Shown here piece after piece: positions 1 to 15,719 of a stretch of 64,000 nt of DNA. Position 1 is the stretch's first letter. Every line of letters starts with the position of its first letter. The notes beneath the pieces were generated by a model. It saw only the letters and a list, made by a program, of their open reading frames with translations. It searched no databases and had not been told where the DNA came from. The DNA is from the human T2T-CHM13v2.0 reference genome, Homo sapiens. Position numbers and translations under genes: made by a program. The stretch lies in the NCBI RefSeq assembly GCF_009914755.1, contig NC_060927.1, one strand, 5' to 3'.

Positions 1-240
<240 letters not shown>

Positions 241-782
241 TATTGCTGTCTGAGTCAAAAAGTGCTCTTAAGGAAAATGTACCTTGTTTTCCCTGAGGTT
301 CTGGGGAATCCCCAGCATAAGCACATGTACCCCAGTTTGGGAATCGTGGAGCTGGATTATTTCTAGGGTCTCCTCTAGTTCCAGGACATTCAACAGGAGA
401 GGATAGTCTATCCAGAGGAAGTGGATTTTGTACTAACATCCGACAAGGATGCTCCATCACAGTATAAATTATCCACATTTGAATGTTAAATAAGACCATG
501 CTGTGGGTACTCAGGTGACTTTAAAAATCTTTTTTTTCTTTTAAGAAGTAGGAGAAAATAACTGTGAACATGTGGACTAAGTGGCTTGACATTTTCGAAA
601 AGTATCTCTTTAGCATACTATTCAGAGCACTTATTGCATTCCTCCTTAATGACTAGAATTAGTTACTAGATAACATGATTATGTTGATTAAAAGATGTCA
701 CCGTCTACTAATTTATGTTGATACAGATGAACTATTAGCAAATCCTATCTTCCGTTACATAGATGCAGGTTGATTTATGTCA

Positions 783-1102
<320 letters not shown>

Positions 1103-1248
1103 TTAATTAGAATAGGGATATAGGATCTCACTTTTTTTTGTCTCTCTCCAGGATTACAGAGATAAAGCATTTATGCATATACAGAACCACGGGATTTTAG
1201 AAGTTGTCCATCAGTTCCTCTGGTTGTTTTGGTACAATAAAAAAGTGC

Positions 1249-1526
1249 TTTTTTTAGAGATAGAATCTCTGTTGCCTGGGCTGAAGTGCAGTGGCCTGAT
1301 CATAGCTCACTGTAACCTTGAACTCCTGGACTCAAGCCATCTTCCCGCTTTGGCTTCCTGAGTAGCATGCGTGCTGCCACACCTGGCTAATTTTCTTTTC
1401 TTTTTTAAATTTTTTTGTAGAGGTGAGGTCTTGCTATGTTGCCCAGGCTGCCTTAGCTTCAAGCGATCCTTCTGCCTTGGCCTCCCGAAGTACTGGGATT
1501 ACAAGCATGAGCCACTGTACCTGGCC
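1249..1526 (-). mobile_element. Alu (AluJ-like)
   Basis: T-run then reverse-complement Alu dimer ending CCTGGCC. Confidence 0.93.
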
Positions 1527-2269
1527 AGGCAGTTCTTTAACATAAACAACGTGTGCTGTGGGTCTGGATTTTTTTTATGCTAACATTCTGTAAGCTCTCA
1601 GTTTTTAAGTTTTGCAAAATGTAGAACATATATGATACAACCTACTCTAGATACACAGCCTCTAGTGTAGGCTGCCTCCTTTTATTATGGGTTTCTATCA
1701 AATAATTTCCAGTTTGAGATTTGAGATGTGACCAAAGATAAAATGTCTCCTTATAATGTTAGAAGTGGTTTGGCTTCAGCTGTATTATTGAGTCAGGAAT
1801 TTGGACCTTTAGGAGCAGGTAAACAATGAGAGCAGAAACTACCCTTGAATTTATGTTTGTCTGAGGACCATTGGGAAATATTTCTTGGAGAGTGGGGAAG
1901 ACAAATTCCTTTGACCTCCAGAAGAATTGATTGTCCTCAGTGTGATGAGAAAATCAGGGAGAGAGTGACTGAAGACAGCTCAGCTGTTCATGCCAAAGGG
2001 ACTGACGGTCCAGATTCATGGTGGAACCAGGTGGCCGTGTTCTGGCTGGAGAACAGCAGTGGGAAGAGGACAATGCTCACGAGAGGGACAATGCTGTCTC
2101 GGTTTCTGCCTGACTTTTGGTTGCTACTGTGTTCTGTGGAACAAATATTTTATATCATGTTGCATTACCATCTAAGGTTGACAAGTTAACTAGAACCTTT
2201 AATTTCTTACGCATTGAACCTTTAATTATCTTAGCTCCATTAATTTTACTTACATATACCACTTGTACT

Positions 2270-2670
2270 GCCAGTAACTCCTTGTAGATAACCACTCTTG
2301 TGACCTCTATTACCATAGGATAATTGTGCCTGTTTTGGGCTTCATGTAAATTGAGTCATATAGTGTGTACTTTTGTGTCTGGTCTTTTGCTCAATGTTTT
2401 GTCTGCAATGTTCATCCATTTGTTGCATGTACTAGTGCTTCATTCCTTTTTAGTGTGGGATGGTATTCCATTTTATGGTTATATCATGATTTGTTCATAC
2501 ATTTACCTGTGGATGGACATTTGTTTTTTTTCCAGTTGGGACTATCATGGATAAAGCTGCTATGAACTAAGTGTATAAGTACTCATTTCTATCGGGTATA
2601 TGCTCAGGAGTGGATCATTGGGTCATAAGACATATGTTCAGCTTTAGTAAAAATTAAGTTTTCCAAGTGT
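2270..2670 (-). mobile_element. Old L1 (L1M) 3' fragment
   Basis: Antisense L1M motifs TTCATCCATTTGTTGCATGT...GATGGACATTTG...AAAGCTGCTATGAAC. Confidence 0.75.
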
Positions 2671-3546
2671 TCATTCTTCTCTGGATTTGGTATATGAGAC
2701 TTCCAGAAGAAAAAAAGATAACTCTGTAAAAGAGTATGCTACATCTTGTGTTTCTGAATACAGGGCTCCCACAGTAAACTTGGTTTGCCTGTTGGACTTC
2801 CAGTTTGGGAGTTTGGTAATCTGATATCTTAAGAGATCTAGTAAGACAGTTATAGTATCAAGGGGCATTTTTTACTTAGTGTGAGATCCAGAGGTGTGGG
2901 CCTTGCCTGCACTGAAGAATTTCAAACCTGGGAAGAAAATTGGAGGTTTACTTAAACTAAAGGGACAGATTCTTGTCATGTTCGGAAGTTGGAATTGGCA
3001 AGCTTTATACTGGAGAATTAAAAACTCAAAACAAACAAAAAACCAAACCTATGATTCAGGAATAGCATTATAATGATTTAGAGGAAAGGTGGGGAGGAGG
3101 AAAATGAGCAATTTGTTATGTGTATGACTCACTGGTGCTGTGTCTGCGAGTATTACATTTGGGTGCAGAATTTCTGAGACAATTGGTTTACTGGCTTTCA
3201 TAGTAGAGAATAAAAGAGTGTCACCTAGACAGTGAGCATTTCATTTCAACCTTTGCATCTAGAATATATTTTAAATAAAATGCAGAATACTATGGGAATT
3301 GTACAGTTGTACAATTGCTTTATGTACCTGAGTGGGAAGTAGCTTTGTTTTCATTCATTAATTAAAAAGTAAAAACCTTCAGATTGAACAGTGTAGATAC
3401 AATGCAGCACAGCATTGATGTGTTTGAAGCCATGTTCTTTTTTCCCCTGTAAGATTGTTGCTTAGGTGTGTTGAACCCAGCAACTCCTGTTTATGACAGG
3501 CAGCTTCGGAATCATTACCTTATATGATAACCTCATACAGTTATTA

Positions 3547-3832
3547 TTTTTTTGAAATGGAGTCTCACTCTGTTGCCCAGGCTGAAATGCAGTGGCACGA
3601 TCTTGCCTCCCTTCAACCTCCGTCTCCCTGGTTCAAGCAATTCTCCTGCGTCAGCCTCCTAAGTAGCTGGGATTACAGGTGTGTGCCACCACACCTGGCT
3701 AATTTTTGTATTTTTAGTAGAGACGGGTTTTACTGTGTTGGCCAGACTGGTCTCGAACTCCTGGTCAGTTATCCACCTGCCTCGGCCTCCCAAAGTGCTG
3801 GGATTCTATAGGTGTGAGCCACTGCGCCTGGC
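3547..3832 (-). mobile_element. Alu (AluS-like)
   Basis: Dimer; 16-bp TSD CCTCATACAGTTATTA at 3531-3546 and 3833-3848. Confidence 0.95.
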
Positions 3833-4323
3833 CCTCATACAGTTATTAAGAGGATTATGTGAATTTATACATGTGCTTGGCTAAGAGGAAGCATTTGTGT
3901 TAGCCATAATTATTGTTTTTACTGAACTCCTTATGATCCATTCATCCAAAAATAGTTTGGAACAGGTATTCTGTGCCACACCTCAAGGGTGGGGTGTGCC
4001 CTGGACTTGCTCTGTATGACAGTAACAGGAATAGCCCCCATGGCCTAAAGCATTGATGTGAGCTGTGGTTTTTGCTCACCCATCAACTAGCTTCTCTGCT
4101 TTGACTTTGAGGAGAAAGGGTTAATTTTTCAGTGGTCCCAAGGCATTAGAAGAATTGCTTTGGATTCGAATATCAAGACATTCCAAAGGTCTCTTGTGGA
4201 AGAAACATAGTTTGGTGTTATATATTTGGGAAAACATCTTTCTATTTGAGAAAACAAGCAGATTGTTATTATTACAGCAGTGGATAAAAGGTGTGACAGG
4301 CAAATCATTGGTAAAATAGACTA

Positions 4324-4748
<425 letters not shown>

Positions 4749-4839
4749 TTAACTTGCAAAACTTTTAGCTGGGGTAAGTCTCTTGATGGTATAGTAGAAG
4801 TGATACTCATGGAAAGGAATAAAGAAAATAAATATTCCT

Positions 4840-5145
<306 letters not shown>

Positions 5146-5589
5146 AAAGAAAATAAATATTCCTGGGAGTTTGGCTATCTTTTAATGTAGTTTTTGTTCT
5201 TTATAGTATACTGAATTCTCTGTTTGGCAAAAGGCAGCATGGCAGATTGATCATCACAAGCAAGTTTGAGAATTTCCCTCACAAACTCAAGTTGCATCCA
5301 CATTAGGTCACTAGGGCGGAAAAGAGATGCAGTCTGTAGATGTTCCAAAGAGAAGGCCCATGGCAGGGTTGGGTGGCATTAGGAGTGGTGGCTGGCTTTA
5401 CTTTGGTAAACGTGTCCTAGGCCGTATGTGATCCTAGACCTTATCTTACCTCCATGATGACTGAGACCCAGCTGGAAACTCTGGCTGTACTCAAGGTGAG
5501 AGAGGGTGGGGGTTAGCGAGTGATAGTGTGGGTAGATGTTTAAGAGATAAGCCTTTGTTGTTGAAGAGATAGTGGTAGGGTAAGGGAGG

Positions 5590-6300
<711 letters not shown>

Positions 6301-7279
6301 TACATAGTAGGTATGCAGATATTTCTAGTTGTATCATTTGGTTCTTTGTTTTTCAGAAGAGATGCTGGCTTAGCCTTGTAAACATCGCAGTTGCATAAAA
6401 GTATTTATGATAGTCCTTAAAATGCTGTAATTATCTTTGAAGTTTTATAATTTTGCAGTGTTTAACTTATGGCAGCAATAGCATTGGTATTTTAAATCAA
6501 AACAGAACACTGTCAAGGGTTACATAACTTATTCATGATATTAACAAGATATAAAGCACCATGTTTTTGTGTGTAACTGTTTAACAGTAGATGAAGTTAA
6601 TGATTGCCCACTTTCAGCTAATCATATGATTGCTATTGAAATAAGTACTTGCTAGACAGGGATAGAATCTAGTAATTTGTTAGCTTCAGTACTTCATGCT
6701 TGCATACACACCCATGCTATTGTGTTACCAAGCCTGAGTTTTGAAATGTGGCGTTCTTTGTCTTTTTCTGGTGAATAAACCCCATATGTCTTACCATAGC
6801 CATTTGACTCTTCCTGGCTGTCAGGATGTGTTGCCCTGGACTGAGAGTGAGAGATCCCAGATTTTTCAGCTTCTCTTCCAATTGCTAGGGATACCACATC
6901 AGTGCCAACGTGAGTCTCCTCTTGTCACTTTCTGCTAGGCTTCCCCTTAGAAGCTGAAATTCTTTCCCTTCCTGATGCTAAGTTGCAGTTTCTTAAAATG
7001 CTAGAGAGCTTTTAAAAGCATACCGTGATGGGAATTAGTTTCAAAAGATTATACCAGAGGGGGTTAAAACTTGCCAACCTTGTAAAAACCTAACTTCTTT
7101 GTTTACGTCCTCCCTGCCCCGCTTTCTGCTGTGCTTGGTTTCCTCCTAGCAATATGCCTTGGTCAGGGGGAGAGTCTTCCTGTCAGACATAACTTCCCAG
7201 ACCAGCACTCCTGGAGGGGCCTGTACCTCAGACCCTGGCAACGAGGCACGCTGGGGCACGCTGGCCTTTCGTTGTGGTG

Positions 7280-7490
7280 TAGAAAATTTTTCATTTGGAA
7301 TTCCATTTTAAAAATAAGTATAGGGTTATTTATATCTTCTTACATTAATTTTGATAAGTTGTGTATTTTAAGGGCTTTATCCACTTTATCTAAGCTACTG
7401 AATTAATTGGCACAATTATTACTCTTTCAATGTCCATAAGACCTGTAGTGATGTCCCCATATTTTATTTCTGGTATTTGCCTTTCATGTT
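7280..7490 (-). mobile_element. Old L1 ORF2-region fragment
   Basis: Antisense L1M-like TTTTGATAAGTTGTGTATTT...CCACTTTATCTAAG...CTGTAGTGATGTCCCC. Confidence 0.55.
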
Positions 7491-7924
7491 AAGAATGTGT
7501 CTGTTCAAAGGGAGAGGGGAAGGAGAAAAGAAGAATGTGTCTGTTCAAAGGACTGCTGGATCAGGGTAACTTAGCTCAAGAAAATGAGAAGGGGTGGTTT
7601 CTGGAAGGGGAGAATGAAAGCCGTGGAGGAAATAAAGCATGAATGTGGGGGAGGGCGGGGGCGGGGACTGCTTCTCTTGCTGGCTGCCTTCTCTCTCTGG
7701 AGAATCTGCTGGAGAAGGAGCAGTCACGTGGGTGGTGAGCTCATTAGGCTGGGGACACCAGCTGTGCTATTATTAGGGCTTTTAAAGTCCGTGGCAGATG
7801 TTCTTAGGCGGTGTTCCAGCCTTGTTCACTTCCCACATATGGCATGATACTGTACACAGAAAAAAGAGGGACTCTTTAACAAATAGCTTTTCCATGAAAT
7901 GCATCACTATTTTTTTCCCATGAA

Positions 7925-8105
7925 CTTTTTTCTTTTCTTTCTTCCTCTGTCTCTGTTTCTTTGTTTCTCTCTCTGCTGTTTGTTCTTTCTTCTTTCTCCG
8001 TTTATCTTTCTCCCTCTGTCTCTTTCTTGCTTTCCTCTATTTTTCTGTATTCTCATTCTCCCTGTCTCTCCCTCCATCCCTCCTTTCTATACTTCCTTCT
8101 TTTGT
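7925..8105. repeat. CT-rich low-complexity tract
   Basis: About 180 bp of near-pure pyrimidines. Confidence 0.85.
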
Positions 8106-8470
8106 CCTTTGAGGCCCTTTTTATTTAATCCTTTGTGAAACTAGAAGAGGACTCAGAGGCACATGAAGAAAGTTTGTCTATTTTAGATTAAAAGTGAGCC
8201 TTAGCATTTCATAGAAAGTATAAGAAATGTGGGTAAGTCTCAGGGTGATCATATACTAGAGAATTTTTTTGACAAGAGCCTGTTTTGAATTGCGTGGTTA
8301 GCTTGCTGCCTCTTCACTCCTCTGGCACAGTGGTAGTTTTTGTACAGGATCGCTTTTACCTCAATGGACTGATAAGCTAGCCAGGGCACCGATTATTTTT
8401 ACATACCAATTTGTGTGTTGTTTGTTTGGCTAATCACCTCTTCTGCAGCTGTTATCCTGGATCTCAGTGA

Positions 8471-8809
<339 letters not shown>

Positions 8810-9207
8810 TAAGCTTCCATGTGTAGACCCTCCTTCTCCCCTCATATTTATAGTAACCCATGTCTTAGCTTGGAGTTATAGGGTATAATCAATATCAAAT
8901 TTACTTAAATAACTGCTCTGGTAGACTGACTTTCTACAGGAAATGGGCTCTTATGTGAATGTAACCTCAATGTATACTCTTTAATAAAATCTCAGAATGA
9001 TGCAAGCTTCATTATAGTTGTTTCCTACTGTTTATTTCAAATTTGATATTTTGATATATTTACACTAATTTTATAGCTAAGCACAAAATTAATTACCCCA
9101 TCATTTTTATTTCAAAAATAATGAGATAATATGTGCATACATTAGTGGCATATCTTACTCTAATAATGGCCACAACTGTCAGAAGTACATTTTCAGAAAA
9201 GCTTTTT

Positions 9208-9512
<305 letters not shown>

Positions 9513-9823
9513 CTAATCCAGGCGTTTTTCTTCAAAATAAAGTAAATATATCTATTTTCAAAAAGTACTTTTGTATTTTAAACATTATTTAGTTGTAGAA
9601 AATATTTTTTAAAAAGCCCCAAACCTAAACTATACAGTGAGGCCAGTATGAGAATAGAGGTACTGAAATGGGTAACTAATTATTTATTAATATGTTTATT
9701 TCCCTGCGAATTCAGAGATTGGGAAAGAAAACCAGGAACAACCATTTTTCACTTCTCTAATTTTATCTGAAGGAGGGGAATCATAAAGTAGGAAGCCTTT
9801 TATCTCAATGGCAGACTCTGTTA

Positions 9824-10198
<375 letters not shown>

Positions 10199-10830
10199 TA
10201 GAGTTGCTGAGTGGTTTATGTTTATTCCGGAAATACATGGTTCACTCTGATTTTACAGGTCTTCCGCAGGTAAGAATCACCTTTGATTAGAGTCAGGGGA
10301 TTCCTGGCAGAATGGGGAGCTGGAGACCCACTTAGATCAGTGATTGCTAAGTGTGAGCTGTGTGGCTTCCCTGGGCCAGGCACTGAGTTATGACAGTAAA
10401 TGAGACAGTCCAGGTCTGGGGGCAGACCAAAGAGACCCAATGTAGTAATAGATGTAGGATATGATACCAGGTAGTGACTAGGGGAGAGAATGAGGTGGCA
10501 GCAGAGGTGTCTTTAGGGAGGTTATAGGTGAGCAGAGATTGAATGGGGATTGAGCCATGGGAACATATGGAGGAAAAGCTTCCCAGGCAGAGCAAACAGC
10601 AAGTGCAGAGGCCTTGGTGAGAAGGCCAGTGTGGCTGCAGTGCAGGGGACCCTGGGGATAGTGGACGTGGATGAAGCCAGGAGATAGTCAGGGGACGGCT
10701 GCATCCCACTGGCCTGCTGGCTGTTGTAAGGAGTGGGTATTTTAATCTGCATATGATTGGGAACTACTGGAGGATTCTGAGTATGGAGGAAGCTGCAGGG
10801 GAGTGACAAGAATTGATTGATTTTTAGATG

Positions 10831-11507
10831 ATTTATTTATGAGACGGTATGTTAGTCTATTCTCACATGGCTATAAATAAATACCTAGGATTGGGTAATT
10901 TACAAAGAAAAGGTTTGATTGGCTCATGGTTCTACAGCCTGCACAGGAAGCATGGTGCTGGCATCTACTTGGCTTCTAGGGAGGCCTCAGGAAACTTACA
11001 ATCATGGTGGAAGGCAAAGGGGGAGCCAGCACTTCACTTGGCTGGAGCAGGAGGAAGAGAAAAGATAGAGGTGCTACACACTTTTAAACAGTACCAAGGG
11101 GGATGGTGTTAAACCATAAGAAACCACCCCCATGATCCAATCACCTCCCACCAGGCCCCACCTCCAGCATTGGGGATTACAATTCAACATGAGATTTGGG
11201 CGGGGACAGAGATCCAAACCATATCACAGTGTCTTGCTCTGTCACCCAGGCTGGCATGCAGCGGTGCAGTCTCAGCTCATGGGAGCATCAACCTTCTGGG
11301 CTTGAGTGATCCTCCCACCTCAGCCCCTCCAGTAGCTGGGACTGCAGGTGCGCGCCACCATGCCTGGCTAATTTTGCTTGTTTTTTTGGTAGAGATGGGG
11401 TCTCACTATGTTGCCCAGGGTAGTCTTGAACTCCTGAGCTCAAGGCATCCTCCCTCCTTGTCTTCCCTAAGTGCTGGGATTACAGGTATGAGTCAGTGTG
11501 CCCAGCC
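10831..11507 (-). mobile_element. AluJ split by an MST LTR
   Basis: Tail + GAGAC at 10831-10845; Alu resumes at 11227 CAGTGTCTTGCTCTGTCACCCAGG. Confidence 0.85.
10848..11226 (-). mobile_element. MaLR solo LTR (MSTA/MSTB-like)
   Basis: GTTAGTCTATTCTCAC...GGAAACTTACAATCATGGTGGAAGG...GAGATTTGGGCGGGGACAGAGATCCAAACCATATCA. Confidence 0.9.
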
Positions 11508-11513
11508 TGATAG

Positions 11514-11814
<301 letters not shown>

Positions 11815-12117
11815 CTGATTGATTTTTTAAATGAAACCCCAGCTTCTGTGTGGAGAGCCAGAATAGGGGAGGCACGATTGGAAGTACGGATGGTAGAGAG
11901 GGTTTTGCACTGGGATAGGTGGGAGAAGGAGAGTGGTAGAAGGTGGCATTTCAAGGCAGTGGAAGGATGTGACGTGCCCTGTGGGGTAGAGGGACAGGAG
12001 CAGCCAAGGGAGAGAAGAGGCGAGGGTGATGCCGAGATCTCACAGACATCTAAATGGAATTTTTAAGTCAGAAAACATTTACATAATTTTAAAATCCTGG
12101 GCTTAAAAATTGTTGTT

Positions 12118-12697
<580 letters not shown>

Positions 12698-12903
12698 TCA
12701 GGCAGTTAGTAGGGACTGCTTGGGTTAAAGTTTTCCCGGTATTTGAGAACTAGGTGGAAGCATCTTCATCTCAAGCTAGAAGTAGTGGATGAAGAAGGAG
12801 AATGTTCTTTTATTTTGTAGCTGAGAGATTACTTTCATTGGCAGAAGTAAGAAGGTAAACCTCAAACTTCATCCCAAATCATTGAGCATGGTGTAACGAT
12901 TGA

Positions 12904-13279
<376 letters not shown>

Positions 13280-13316
13280 TTGAATTTTCAAAATTGAAAG
13301 TTTTCCAAAGATTCCT

Positions 13317-13583
13317 GACTGGACATGGTGGCTCATGCCTGTAATCCCAGCACTTTGGGAGGCTGAGGCAGGAGGATAGCTTGATAGCAACATAGCGAGA
13401 CCCCCATCTCCACAAAAAATAAAAAAGTTAGCCAGGCATGGTGGTGTGCGCCTGTAGTCCTAGCTACTATGGAGGCTGAGGGAGGAGAATCACTTGAGCC
13501 CAGGAATTTGAGGTTACGGTGAGCCATGATTGTGCTACTGTACTCCAGCTCAGGGGACAGAGCGAGACCTTGTCTCAAAAAAA
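13317..13583 (+). mobile_element. Alu (AluJ-like, small left-arm deletion)
   Basis: Dimer with CTTGA-TAGCAACATAG junction; degenerate TSD AGTTTTC..AA.ATTC. Confidence 0.9.
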
Positions 13584-14721
13584 TAGTTTTCTGAACATTC
13601 TTCAGGTGATTTGATAGTACTTCCTCAGTATATGTGTTGTAAAATTTGCTTAGGCTGTGTCTGGATGCAGTGCCTCATTTGAAATTTACTGTTTTCAAAA
13701 TGATCCTTTTAAGAGTGGGGCTGTCTGAGGTGCGTTTCCAGTTTCCTCACGGCATGGATAATAAAATGCCCCCAGAGTAAAGATCAGAATTTCAGGGACC
13801 AGGGAGAGTATAAAAAGATTAAACAGCTGATCCAAGGCTCATCATTATCACTCTTGCTCACCTCAACAATCTGAGATTAGTTCCCTCCCTGCAAAGCTGC
13901 TGGCTCTGAGCACAGCATGGGTTAGGGGGCGGGGAAGGGATGGGGCATGGGGTGAAGTCTGAATTCTTCCCCATCTTCTGAAAAGTGAGGGGAATCAGCT
14001 CCTTCACCCGCAGGCCTGGAGAGACTGAGTCAGGAGTGCTTAGCGGGTTTCCTTTTTAAGTGTGTGCTGATGCTTCAAGTGGGTAAGTGGCTGAGGTTAT
14101 CAGTAGAGACTCTAGAAGGTGCAGTTCTCTTGGAATCTGAAGTATTTGAGGACAGAAAATCATGCTGCTTTCTGGTGGAGTATGGTAAGAATAATCAACA
14201 CGGAGAGTTGGGCTTGTTTGGGGATTGCAGTGAGTGAGGCATGCCTGGTTAATGCAGAATGTGCTGCTCCTTCCCAGGCAGTGGCTGCAAGGCCTCTTTC
14301 CTTTCCTCTGTGCAGTGCAGCGAGGCTGCCCATTGTCCCATGTTGTTCGTAGCCAGGCGTGTCTTGCCAAGTACTGTGGGAAGCCCCAAGATTTTGCTCA
14401 AATACACCCGGAGTGGGTCAACCTGAAAAAAAAAAAAAAAACCATCTTTGCAACCTCCAGCCTCTTCTCAGGCTTTTCCTCTATGTCTTATTGATATCCA
14501 AATAAATAAATATCAAACAAATTAAGAGCCAGATGAATACCATTGGCTGTCTTTTGTATTAATGTTGGCAACAAGACTATTGTCATATCTTTTATTTCCT
14601 CAGGGTTTCTTTTTGCTCCCAGTCTGGCAGCAAACATTTTGTAACCCCATAAAACAAGTGTGGTAGGCTGCTTTTCTTCTTATAATGAAACTATGTTGCC
14701 ATTGGAATTAAAACACTGGCT

Positions 14722-14880
14722 GCCAGGCATAGCGGTGCGTGCCTGTCGTTCCAGCTACTCAGAGGCCGAGGTGGGAGGATCTCTTGAGCCCGAGAGTTCA
14801 AGGCTGTGGTGAGCCATGATTGCGCCACCTGCACTCCAGCGTGGACAACAGAGTGAGACCTACTCTTGAAACAAAACAAA
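14722..14880 (+). mobile_element. Alu monomer (FRAM / right arm)
   Basis: Right-arm sequence only, (AAAAC)n tail, TSD about AAA.CACTG.CTG. Confidence 0.85.
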
Positions 14881-15274
14881 CCACTGACTGGCTTGTTTGG
14901 AAATGTGGGAAGGAATTTTTCCTGTGGAGTTATGATCAAGTCAGCTTTTTTAGAAATATAAATTCTAGGCCAGTGTTTCCTTAAAAACCAATATTTCGAT
15001 GTGTTTGTTCTGGAAGTATTAGCACATCACATTCCCAGTGCTTTTTAATGGGCTCTGGGTAATTACCGCGGCCTCCCATCTCAGCCAGTACAGTAAGCCA
15101 TTCAAGAGGACAGCCGGTGCTTATTACCCAGCAGCCTGGCAGTCTGTGACCCCTCCTCCTTGGAAATGTGTGAGGCGCAATTAGAGAGCTCTGGTGTGGG
15201 GATAAGGGATTGCTGGGGCATAAATAATGCAATCTATGCTGTCGTTCTGTGAATGTGGTGGGGCGGAGCGGCTT

Positions 15275-15700
15275 TGGTGTTTGGAAGCCTGAACCTCAAA
15301 TTCTGGATTCAGCATGTTTAAGATCTGTGATCTTGGTAGCCTGGGTAATGTAGTGAGACCTCATCTCTACAAAAAAATTTAACATTAGCCAGGCGTGGTG
15401 GCACACGCCTGTGGTCTTAGCTATTGAGGGGCTGAGGCAGGAGGATCACTTGACCCCAGGAATTTGAGGCTGCAGTGAGCTGTGACTGGGCCACTGCATT
15501 CTAGCCCAATCAACAGAGCAAGACCCTGTCTCAATCAATCAATCAATCAATAATCTGTGATTTTGGGCAGGTCCTTAGCCTATGAGCCACAGTTTTTTCA
15601 TCTAGAATAAGACTGTGTAGTGTGGTTGTGGGGATTAGATAAGGCAATATATATAAAGTTCTGCCTTGCTCTTGCTTGTTGACAGCATGTAAGATGCATT
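15275..15700 (+). mobile_element. MIR interrupted by Alu
   Basis: MIR core TGTGA..TTGGGCAGG...CAGTTTTTTCATCT...GTTGTGGGGATTAGAT. Confidence 0.65.
15337..15551 (+). mobile_element. 5'-truncated AluJ with (ATCA)n tail
   Basis: Starts mid left arm; TSD ATCTGTGAT.TTGG. Confidence 0.88.
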
Positions 15701-15719
15701 CGGTGAAGGAGATCTCTGA

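Noticed and set aside
1131-1152. Strong-looking 3' splice site CTTTTTTTTTGTCTCTCTCCAG|G
   Set aside because: No convincing donor or sustained frame downstream; such pseudo-acceptors are common.
7491-7551. CRISPR-like repeat-spacer-repeat
   Set aside because: Only two repeats, eukaryotic context, no cas genes.
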